Below, in pieces: positions 1 to 7,443 of a stretch of DNA of 32,000 nucleotides. The first letter of the stretch is position 1. Every line of letters starts with the position of its first letter. Source of the stretch: Candidatus Electrothrix sp. GW3-4 (GTDB taxonomy: Bacteria > Desulfobacterota > Desulfobulbia > Desulfobulbales > Desulfobulbaceae); assembly GCF_037902255.1 (NCBI RefSeq), contig NZ_CP147990.1:2040001-2072000 (forward strand). Reading direction: 5' to 3'. Both the position numbers and the translations under genes were made by a program. Below the pieces are notes generated by a model, which was not told where the DNA came from, did not search any database, and saw only the letters and a list, made by a program, of their open reading frames with translations.

Positions 1-241
1 GACCATTATAGAGCAAATCCCCTTTGGCCAAACCAGGACCTATGGTGAGATTGCAACGCTGCTCGGTAATAACAATAAGGCCAGGGCCGTGGGTGGGGCA
101 GCCAATAAAAATCCCCTGCCCATTGTCATTCCCTGCCATCGGGTCATTGGGAGCAGCGGAAGCCTGACCGGGTTTGCCGGAGGATTGACAATAAAGCGAT
201 ATCTCCTTAACTTGGAGCAGCGGGTTGCAGGGCAACAGTAA
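1..241 (+). CDS. ogt: Methylated-DNA--protein-cysteine methyltransferase (MGMT/Ogt family), C-terminal part; 5' end lies outside the window
   Basis: The frame beginning at nt 2 reads ...[67 protein letters not shown]. It contains the PCHRV active-site motif. Stop TAA is at 239-241. It is absent from the ORF track because there is no start codon in the window. Confidence 0.9.
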   Translation, partial: TIIEQIPFGQTRTYGEIATLLGNNNKARAVGGAANKNPLPIVIPCHRVIGSSGSLTGFAGGLTIKRYLLNLEQRVAGQQ

Positions 242-381
242 TTCAAGATCTCCTTTTTCTTTGCTGAATCCCGCTTCCTGTCTTTTTTTTGAGCTGCTCA
301 TTATAGCAGAGTTATATGCAGATTCTAATAATTTACCGGAAATAATAATCTTTTTCATCGCCAAAATACGCATCCTTCCTA

Positions 382-410
382 TTGACTTTACGTTATTTTC
401 CTTATATCAT
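382..410 (+). promoter_or_regulatory. Candidate sigma70-type promoter upstream of the PPC-domain gene
   Basis: TTGACT (382-387), a 17-nt spacer, then TATCAT (405-410), in an AT-rich intergenic region about 190 nt upstream of the ATG at 599. Sequence match only. Confidence 0.3.
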
Positions 411-598
411 CAACTCAAAACAGATCGTAATTTTCTTACTCCGGGTAACCGGACAACTATTACCTACATCTAAATAATAGAATAAAATTACCTTACCAAA
501 GACTATCCATCCAAACACCGTATTATATTTAAGCAAAAACAAATATTTTCTTATGCGGTTTCCTACCAAGAATAATACATAGAAAGGAGAGAAAGGAT

Positions 599-1624
599 AT
601 GAAGATAACTCAGATCAGAACAGGACTCTTGATAATCATAGGGGCCTTGTTTTGCACTGCGACTGCCGGAGCTGAGGTCATATCAGAAATCGAACCGAAC
701 AATGACTTTGCGAATGCTCAGCATATTGATGTTTCCTCGTTTACTGTCGGCTTGGATTCTGATATCACCAACTCAGACATCTGGCCTTGGGTCTCCATTA
801 TAGGTACAGGTGATGGCACCTTTGATTATTATTCCTTTGAGGTCTCGCTGGCGGGAACGACTGCCAGCATTGATATCGACTACAATACCTTCGATACCGT
901 CGTATTGCTCTATGATGCTGACGGCAACCTACTTGCCGAAAATGATGATAACTGGTCTGACCCTGGCTCAAATTCCTGGGCTTCACTTATTGAATATACC
1001 TCTTTACCACCGGGAACCTATATTGTTGCTGTCGCTAAAATTTCCCCCTTCGGCGAGCCAGTTGGCGTATCTGGTGGTTATGGGGTACACATTTCACTCT
1101 CCCAAGTTGGAGTTTCTCTTCCGCCAGACACACCTGGTCAGGACACTCCAGCGATAGACATAACCGATCAGATCATTATGCCGATGGAAGCAACCGGTCA
1201 GATCATTATTAAACCCTTTAAATACGATCGTGACAGGGCGAGCTTCCATCTCCGAGATATGGAGGGCATCGATATTGCGCTACTGGATGCCATGGCCAAT
1301 GGCACGGGTTTGTCATTCAGTAGCGCAACGATCGCTGATTCTCCCATATACAGCTTTTCAGCTGACAGCAACGAGCTTGATGCGGATGCTCAATCCCTTG
1401 TCTATAATGACGGCGTCAATTCACTGCATTGTAGGTTCAACGAACAAGGTTGCGTTGTCCAAATTAGCCGTGCCAATCTTAGCGCAGAGGCAGTTGAGGA
1501 ACTTTTTACTGAAGAAATGACGGTACGTCTTGCTCTCGGGGAAAATCTCTATCTCAATACCTCAATGTGGGAAAAAGTAGAGAGTAAGGGGACCCCCGTG
1601 CTCAAGTACCAAAAAAAGAATTGA
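599..1624 (+). CDS. Exported protein with an N-terminal PPC (pre-peptidase C-terminal)-like domain; function unknown
   Basis: RBS GAAAGGAGAGAAAGG lies directly upstream of the ATG. The N-terminal signal peptide is MKITQIRTGLLIIIGALFCTATAGA. EIEPNNDFANAQ...GDGTFDYYSFEV...AENDDN...PPGTYIVAV resembles the PPC-domain pattern. A terminator follows. Confidence 0.7.
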   Translation: MKITQIRTGLLIIIGALFCTATAGAEVISEIEPNNDFANAQHIDVSSFTVGLDSDITNSDIWPWVSIIGTGDGTFDYYSFEVSLAGTTASIDIDYNTFDTVVLLYDADGNLLAENDDNWSDPGSNSWASLIEYTSLPPGTYIVAVAKISPFGEPVGVSGGYGVHISLSQVGVSLPPDTPGQDTPAIDITDQIIMPMEATGQIIIKPFKYDRDRASFHLRDMEGIDIALLDAMANGTGLSFSSATIADSPIYSFSADSNELDADAQSLVYNDGVNSLHCRFNEQGCVVQISRANLSAEAVEELFTEEMTVRLALGENLYLNTSMWEKVESKGTPVLKYQKKN

Positions 1625-1654
1625 TCAACCGCCTCATTTGATCATCAGCAGCAA

Positions 1655-1685
1655 GCCCCTTTCCTTGGTTGAGAGGGGCTTTTTC
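1655..1685 (+). terminator. Rho-independent terminator of the PPC-domain gene
   Basis: GCCCCT (1655-1660), a 13-nt loop, AGGGGC (1674-1679), then TTTTT. Confidence 0.6.
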
Positions 1686-1753
1686 CGTATACACACCTTT
1701 ATCATTTTCCCCGAACCTCAACATATCGCCAAGCATCAGCCGCATGCCGTAGT

Positions 1754-1797
1754 GGCGTTTCTTTTGTGCTAGGCTCTTTTAGCACAAGAGAAACGCC
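1754..1797. repeat. 17-bp inverted repeat (long hairpin) of unknown function
   Basis: GGCGTTTCTTTTGTGCT (1754-1770) pairs with AGCACAAGAGAAACGCC (1781-1797) at 16/17 positions, with a 10-nt loop. There is no flanking T-tract on either strand. It sits at the boundary of the AT-rich HEPN locus. Confidence 0.6.
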
Positions 1798-1834
1798 GCG
1801 GAGGTATGTCGGCTGGATGCAATTGTTAGATTTT

Positions 1835-2542
1835 TTATCCCACAATGCTAGATGACTCAATTATTATTTGCTCCGCAATAAATCGTAAAAGAGGGATTTC
1901 CTTTACGAGCATTTTGTCATCTTTAAAAGGCGTGTATTTACTTTTCTCAGACTCTTTGCTATGCACTATGGAATTTCTTGTTTTATATATCCTTCCAGCG
2001 AGATTCTTGAATATGAGCTCTTCATCAGAAGACACTAAGTCAACAGTATTTCCATCGGAAAAGGAAACTTTCGTATTCTTATAGTAGTCGAGAAGCGTTT
2101 CATCATACTCGTCCAATTTATTTTTAAGATCTGTAATATCTACATATCCGCTAATCGTTAACCTAAGTGCTTCAAGCTCACTAAAAGTTATGGTTTCATT
2201 CCTTATCTGTAACGACTTACTAATATCCTTTATTAGCTTACCGATATCTTTCTTTCGCTTATAAGAGAAATCAGGTTGGGTGATTTTATCTTTAATTCTA
2301 AGTACCAAATCTTCGTTAAAAACCATTTCAAAGAAGTGTTCTGCTACATGGTAGTAGGATATAAACTCTAAAAATGGGTTGTCAGCACCTACAGCTAGCT
2401 GATAATGATAGATAAGGTCAGGAACATAATGTCTTCTAGGTGGATCTAAATCCTCCATTGAGACGCGCCTAACTCTATTAATTCTTCCCGTTCTTATTAC
2501 TTCCTCTAGTGCTAAGTCATGACTAAATTTTAGGGTTACCAT
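1835..2542 (-). CDS. HEPN-like (Rx4H) protein, putative RNase or abortive-infection effector
   Basis: 235-aa ORF in a markedly AT-rich segment. The C-terminal part contains GRIYKTRNSIVHSKE, which is the R-N-x-x-x-H HEPN catalytic signature. The family was not identified beyond this motif. Confidence 0.6.
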   Translation of the reverse strand: MVTLKFSHDLALEEVIRTGRINRVRRVSMEDLDPPRRHYVPDLIYHYQLAVGADNPFLEFISYYHVAEHFFEMVFNEDLVLRIKDKITQPDFSYKRKKDIGKLIKDISKSLQIRNETITFSELEALRLTISGYVDITDLKNKLDEYDETLLDYYKNTKVSFSDGNTVDLVSSDEELIFKNLAGRIYKTRNSIVHSKESEKSKYTPFKDDKMLVKEIPLLRFIAEQIIIESSSIVG

Positions 2543-2595
2543 TTCCGGACCAAATCGAAAGATGGAACAATTACGGAAACGACCAATCCTAAATT

Positions 2596-3228
2596 TTAGC
2601 TTTTACAGAGCACTAGGTGCCTCTGAGGGACTAACGCTGCATCCATGTTGTAACTAAGTTGAAAAAGAAAAGCGCTACTGTACTTTTCAAACTCAGAAAC
2701 CGTTCTATTCTTAGTAGAATCCAGCCTCAACGTTAGAAACCGGCCAATTATTCGTCTCAACACATCAAAGATGTTTGTTATTTCTTCTTCCCGAGGCCGT
2801 TCAAACACACGCCTTAGCGGCATAGGCATAACCAGCGACCGTGTCGATGCTACCTCCGATACCTTAATCAATAAGAAGACCAAATATTCGTTAGATGGGC
2901 TTGATAAACAGTACTCGATATTGTTATCAGAGTCTGTAACTCTTAACGCATCATCCCGCACCCTGGGACGCATTCTAGGAAATGAAGATTCTTCCCTAAC
3001 TAGAGTTTCATAAACTTTGTTGGTGGATATAATGGTTTCATCTTGGCTTTCAAAAAGGCTTAAGCTATCAATAATTTGCTGAAGTTCATCTTTTGGCAAA
3101 TGAATTATTTTATCTACATTGACTTCATTCAGGTTAAACACATACGCACCTTCGTGCTCACTAACGTGTATACGAAGAGCCTCAGCTATTAAGTCAGCGA
3201 TCTCGTCAATTGTTTTTTCGATAACCAT
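2596..3228 (-). CDS. Hypothetical protein, upstream partner (or N-terminal half) of the HEPN-like protein
   Basis: 210-aa ORF with the same strand and AT-rich composition as 1835-2542. I recognise no motif. Its stop lies 53 nt before the next ATG, and the downstream reading frame opens exactly where this frame closes. Confidence 0.55.
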   Translation of the reverse strand: MVIEKTIDEIADLIAEALRIHVSEHEGAYVFNLNEVNVDKIIHLPKDELQQIIDSLSLFESQDETIISTNKVYETLVREESSFPRMRPRVRDDALRVTDSDNNIEYCLSSPSNEYLVFLLIKVSEVASTRSLVMPMPLRRVFERPREEEITNIFDVLRRIIGRFLTLRLDSTKNRTVSEFEKYSSAFLFQLSYNMDAALVPQRHLVLCKS

Positions 3229-3371
3229 AGGGATTACTCTTCACTCTCCAAAAAATCTAACAGCGCTAATAGGGATGCCAGGCCCACATTGAACGAGTCC
3301 ACTATAGCCTGACAACAGAAAATTTGGGTAAAATTCCAAAGCGTTCGAGATGGAAAGGGGTGAGGCAGCAT

Positions 3372-3416
3372 AAAAAAAGGGCTCGACATCTGCCAGTGCA
3401 GACATCCGAGCCCTTT
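3372..3416 (-). terminator. Rho-independent terminator of the glutamate synthase operon
   Basis: On the minus strand: AAAGGGCTCG, a 21-nt loop, CGAGCCCTTT, then TTTTTTT. It begins 27 nt after the stop of 3443-5800. Confidence 0.75.
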
Positions 3417-3442
3417 CACTCTTCGAACCGTAAGTATACTCT

Positions 3443-5800
3443 TTAATAAGGTCGCATGGTCCAGATACCGCAGGGACAGGTATCAGCGCAGAACCCACAG
3501 GCAATGCATTTATTACCATCAGACACATACTCAAAGCTCACACCGCCCGCATCCACAGGTTCCACTTCCCGCCGGGAGATGGCATGGGTCGGACAGATGG
3601 TCTCACAGAGATGGCAGTCACGACAGGAGCCGCAACTCAGGCAGCGGGCTGCCTGCTGGCTTTCCGTATCGCCTTTTTCCTCTGCCGGATCATAATGGGC
3701 TATGGTCAGGGCCTCGTACTGGATCAGTTTTTGGGCAAAGGGCTTCCACTCTTTGTCTGCTAATACAGAGGCGAGGTACTCAGCTGTCCGTTTGGCCGCT
3801 CCCAGGGCATTGGTGGCCAGACCAGGCCGCTCCACATCACCCACTGCCAGGATTTTTTCGTCAGTGGTCCGACCGGCATCATCGGTCTTGATCCAGGAGC
3901 CACCAGCAATCTCAACGCTCTCAACGCTCTCCGGCAGGAAGGGCAGGCTAGGGACATCACCGATGGAAATAATCACGGTCTGGGCCGGAATCAGCTCATC
4001 CTTATCCGTGACCAGCCCTTCTTCCGTGACCTCCTTAGTCATGACCGGCCATTTGAAGGTGGCCCCTAAGGCCTCAGCTGCATCCCGCTCCTTGCCAAAG
4101 GCCAAGGGCTTCTGGATATCCACCAAGGTCACTTCCTCAGCACCAAGCCGGTAGCATTCCGCAGCCACGTCACAGCCCACATTGCCTGCGCCGATAACCA
4201 CCACCTGCTTACCGGTCGCCATGGGCGCGTCACTCTTGGCCGCCTTTAGGTAATCCAGGGCCGGGATAACCCGTTCATGACCCTGAAAGGGGATGATCTT
4301 GGGCTGATGGGTCCCCACGGCAATAATAACATAATCATATGCTGCCTTGAGTTCTTCCATCTTTTCCCTGGTCATTTCCACGCCAAGGTGAGCCGTGATC
4401 AGCTCGGTCTTGAGAAAGCGCTCGACCTCCATCTGCCAGACCGCCTTGGTCAGGCGTTCCCAGGGGATAGTCTGGGCCAGCTTTCCGCCCAGTTCCTCAC
4501 TCCGCTCAAAGATATGGGCCTCAATGCCTGCCAGGGCCAGATGCCAGGCCGCTCCCATACCCGCCGGACCACCGCCGATAATAGCGACCTTATGCCCGGT
4601 CGCAGGCTTGCATTTGGGAGGGTCAACATTATGCACGGCCTGTCCCAGCACAGCAACATCAATGGAATAATCCACCTTCTTGCGGGAACAGTTCTGGATA
4701 CAGAGGTTGGGGCAGATGGTACCGCAGACCGAAGCCGGAAAGGGGGTATAGCGGAGCAACATCTCATAGGCTTCCTCATTTTTGCCCTCACGGATCATCC
4801 GCAATCGATCAATGGTGGGGATGTGCATGGGACAGTAATAGGTGCAGGGCGCTGCTGAATCACGATTCACCCAATAGGGGCTGCGGCGACGCATCTCACC
4901 GGTTTCCACCACCCCGATCAGGGAACGGTCCAGGCCCGGAGCCAGGTCACGCAGGGGGTCACCACCGCCAAAACCATTATTCCAGATACGGGCCGCAAAC
5001 TCGGACATGGACATGGGACCAGAGAACATCAGGGCCCGCTCCTGGGCTGTGACGGCACTGAGCAGATTCCACTCCTCGCGCTGACTCAAGCTCTCCAGCA
5101 GCTCCGGGCGACCAATGGCCTCCAGATAGGCGGGTAAACGATCGATGAGCCATTGCCATTCCTCGTCAGTGGGTTTGCTCAGTTTTGCATTATTGCGGGA
5201 GTAGCTGTCATCGGTCGTGCCGCGAAAATAGACCTGACCACCAACCATACCGACACAGGGCCGGTAGCCCAGGACGTTATTCGGGTTTTTGGCCTCATGA
5301 CCACAGATAACCGCAATACCGCCGCAGTTAAACTCGGCAAAGGTATCCCCCACAGAGCCCAAGACCCACATCTCTGGTTTTTCATACTCTGGATTCCACT
5401 TCGTCATGGTCAGACCGCGCGCACCGATGGAACCACCGATCATCACCCGGCCACCAGCCATGGCGTTACAGACACCGTTGGTGGCATCGCCTTTGACAAT
5501 AACGTCTGCCCCGATGTTGAGGTAGCCCACATCGTCTGAGGCTGAGCCTTCGCAGATGATGGTGGAACCGGGCATGCCCATACAGCCCACCCGCTGTCCT
5601 GCTGGGCCGGTGATACGGATGGTCAGGGGACGCTCTACCTTACCGAGTCGCAGACCGATATTATGCTGACCAAAGGACTCCAGAACCAGTTCGTCGGCAT
5701 CAGCAGCTGCACCGCGCACCTCTTCTTCAAAAATCTTGGATGTCAGGCGCAGGCCCTTTGCATCTTTGCCGCTTACAGTTATTATTTTTCGCTCACTCAT
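3443..5800 (-). CDS. Glutamate synthase subunit: GXGXG (GltB C-terminal) domain fused to a GltD-like NAD(P)H/FAD oxidoreductase and a C-terminal 2x[4Fe-4S] ferredoxin
   Basis: The N-terminus has the glycine-rich repeats GQHNIGLRLG...GPAGQRVGCMGMPGSTIICEGSASDDVGYLNIGADVIVKGDATNG. Dinucleotide-binding motifs are VAIIGGGPAGMGAAW and VVVIGAGNVGCDVA. The C-terminus has CLSCGSCRDCHLCETICP and CIACGFCADTCP. Confidence 0.9.
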   Translation of the reverse strand: MSERKIITVSGKDAKGLRLTSKIFEEEVRGAAADADELVLESFGQHNIGLRLGKVERPLTIRITGPAGQRVGCMGMPGSTIICEGSASDDVGYLNIGADVIVKGDATNGVCNAMAGGRVMIGGSIGARGLTMTKWNPEYEKPEMWVLGSVGDTFAEFNCGGIAVICGHEAKNPNNVLGYRPCVGMVGGQVYFRGTTDDSYSRNNAKLSKPTDEEWQWLIDRLPAYLEAIGRPELLESLSQREEWNLLSAVTAQERALMFSGPMSMSEFAARIWNNGFGGGDPLRDLAPGLDRSLIGVVETGEMRRRSPYWVNRDSAAPCTYYCPMHIPTIDRLRMIREGKNEEAYEMLLRYTPFPASVCGTICPNLCIQNCSRKKVDYSIDVAVLGQAVHNVDPPKCKPATGHKVAIIGGGPAGMGAAWHLALAGIEAHIFERSEELGGKLAQTIPWERLTKAVWQMEVERFLKTELITAHLGVEMTREKMEELKAAYDYVIIAVGTHQPKIIPFQGHERVIPALDYLKAAKSDAPMATGKQVVVIGAGNVGCDVAAECYRLGAEEVTLVDIQKPLAFGKERDAAEALGATFKWPVMTKEVTEEGLVTDKDELIPAQTVIISIGDVPSLPFLPESVESVEIAGGSWIKTDDAGRTTDEKILAVGDVERPGLATNALGAAKRTAEYLASVLADKEWKPFAQKLIQYEALTIAHYDPAEEKGDTESQQAARCLSCGSCRDCHLCETICPTHAISRREVEPVDAGGVSFEYVSDGNKCIACGFCADTCPCGIWTMRPY

Positions 5801-5810
5801 AGGTATAAAA

Positions 5811-6548
5811 TCAGTGATTATGGGCAGCCTGCCCGTGTATCTGGTTTTCTTTCATTATATTGATAATTTTTTCATCCAGGCAGGAACGAAGAAAGCTGTT
5901 CATCGCCTCCTGCTCCCCGGTTGTGTACAAATCAAGCATCAGCCGGTTGAATTCCAATTGTCGCTTTGCCGAAAGATTGATCGCCGGAAAGCCGTTTTGC
6001 AGCAGAAAACCGTTCATCATAAAACGGCCTATCCATTTGCAATTCAAACGCTTGTTGACGTCATAAAAAAACTGACACCGAGCCATCATCAGAAAATAGA
6101 AAATAGCCCGGTCATATACATCTGAAATCTATTCCGCCTCTTTGATCATCCTTGAAAACAACTCGGGTAGCTGGTCTGCCGATGGCGGCATATATTCTGT
6201 TCCGGCTATCATCACTCCGCTGGAACGAAATCGGCCTCACTCCAAGGCATCTTCTTTGGCCGCGATCCCGTGCAGCTTGCAGGCAATCTCAGCAGTAACG
6301 ACAAACTGATCGCTTTTCACCAGGGCAAAGACTTCCTGCCAGGCATTGGACTGGTTTAGGACAATCTGCTGATCACTCAACTTATGACCGCCAACGGTTA
6401 TGCCGTCCAGCAGGGTCTGGACTTCGGGCAGGGTATAGTTGATTCCCTCAAGATTTATCGCATCGCAGACCAACTCGGATAATTGCCGTTTGGCCAGCAT
6501 CAGGGCTTTGGCCTTGCTGGGCGGCATGTGCCAGTGGGAGTCGTTCAC
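5811..6548 (-). pseudogene. Fic/Doc-family pseudogene (two in-frame stops, degenerate active-site motif)
   Basis: ORFs 6237-6548 and 5811-6089 are in the same frame (459 nt apart). The gap also translates in that frame as ...DALE*GRFRSSGVMIAGTEYMPPSADQLPELFSRMIKEAE*ISDVYDRAIFYFLMMARCQFFYDVNKRL.... The stops are TGA at 6237-6239 and TAG at 6129-6131. QFFYDVNKR occupies the position of the Fic/Doc HxFx(D/N)GNKR motif, with the H and G residues replaced. Confidence 0.6.
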
Positions 6549-6568
6549 TGAGGATAACCTAATAAATT

Positions 6569-6958
6569 TTACGATAAATATGTCCTGATATTATCGTAAA
6601 CTTCGGTCGCTATGCTAAAAAATTCTTCGGCAATTTCTTTCGATGGCTTACCATCCGGGAGAAATCCCATATCCATCGGGTAGCGGGAATCAATGTACAA
6701 TTCGTTAATTTGACCAAACAGCTCTCGGTCAACAGAGAGTTCAATGTAATTTTCTATTTTGCCTTGAAGATTTATGATGTTATGAATTCTTGGTACAGTC
6801 CCTTCTTTTTCTTCCAGTACAGCCTTGATGCTTTTTTCTATTGCCTGTTGGGAATGAAAGGCTACCATGTTGGTCAGATGCTCATTACCTATAATTTCTT
6901 GTATGAGCATCAGATCGTCTCCGGCAGAGTTCAACCAATATTCAGTCTGTTTTTTCAT
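6569..6958 (-). CDS. HEPN domain protein (toxin-like partner of the MNT nucleotidyltransferase)
   Basis: FHSQQAIEKSIKAVLEEKEGTVPRIHNIINL and LYIDSRYP fit the small HEPN family that pairs with minimal nucleotidyltransferases. It overlaps the upstream MNT gene by 17 nt. Confidence 0.85.
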   Translation of the reverse strand: MKKQTEYWLNSAGDDLMLIQEIIGNEHLTNMVAFHSQQAIEKSIKAVLEEKEGTVPRIHNIINLQGKIENYIELSVDRELFGQINELYIDSRYPMDMGFLPDGKPSKEIAEEFFSIATEVYDNIRTYLS

Positions 6959-7286
6959 ACAGTAATTTTCCCGTCTTCTTTATCTCATTACAAAAAGAAT
7001 TTTCACTCTTCAGGACAATATCGTACTCACCTCTTGTATAGACCAATAAATCAATAGGTATTCTTTTGCTCAAATTGTAAATTTTTCTGCGAACCAGCAT
7101 CTTGTTTCGCATTTTCTCATCATAATTTTTTGCTATACCCAAGGAGTCCAGCACGACGAGTAAATCAAGATCGCTGTCCTCTGTAAAGGAATCGCCAGCA
7201 TATGAGCCGAACAAAATTATTTTATAGGGATCAGTCTTCCTTATACTTCTTACTATTTCAGGAAGATATTTCCTTTTGTCTTCCAT
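6942..7286 (-). CDS. Minimal nucleotidyltransferase (MNT-type antitoxin)
   Basis: ILFGSYAGDSFTEDSDLDLLVV matches the G-S...D-x-D nucleotidyltransferase motif. The protein is 114 aa, and the gene lies upstream of and overlaps the HEPN gene. Confidence 0.85.
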   Translation of the reverse strand: MEDKRKYLPEIVRSIRKTDPYKIILFGSYAGDSFTEDSDLDLLVVLDSLGIAKNYDEKMRNKMLVRRKIYNLSKRIPIDLLVYTRGEYDIVLKSENSFCNEIKKTGKLLYEKTD

Positions 7287-7397
7287 ACGTAATCACGCCG
7301 GAAAAGATTTTTTTCTCTTGTCTTATCTTAGAACACATTGGAACGTATAGGCCACTGCACCGGTCCGTTCCCGATATGCAAAATTAGAGATAGAGTA

Positions 7398-7425
7398 CAC
7401 TGTCTCACATACATGCAAGACAGTG
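7398..7425 (-). other. Hairpin directly downstream of the FMN-subunit gene (possible intra-operon terminator or processing site)
   Basis: CACTGTCT (7398-7405) and AGACAGTG (7418-7425) form an 8-bp stem with a 12-nt loop. No U-tract immediately follows on the minus strand. Confidence 0.3.
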
Positions 7426-7443
7426 CATACAAAATCGCAGCTA

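Noticed and set aside
225-473. 82-aa plus-strand ORF downstream of ogt. Other short ORFs lie in the intergenic regions 3234-3534 and 31438-31626.
   Set aside because: They lie in AT-rich intergenic sequence or overlap terminators and promoters. They have no RBS and implausible composition.
1163-1212. Direct repeat TCAGATCATTAT (x2, about 33 nt apart) inside the PPC-domain gene.
   Set aside because: It lies in-frame within coding sequence and encodes the duplicated peptide (D/G)QII(M/I). This is most simply a small internal duplication with no independent function.
6237-6239. The TGA in the Fic-like gene as selenocysteine or programmed read-through. A Trp would fit the ALE-W-GRFR context.
   Set aside because: A second in-frame stop (TAG 6129-6131) follows 36 codons later. 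I see no downstream hairpin, and the catalytic motif is degenerate. Pseudogene is the simpler explanation.
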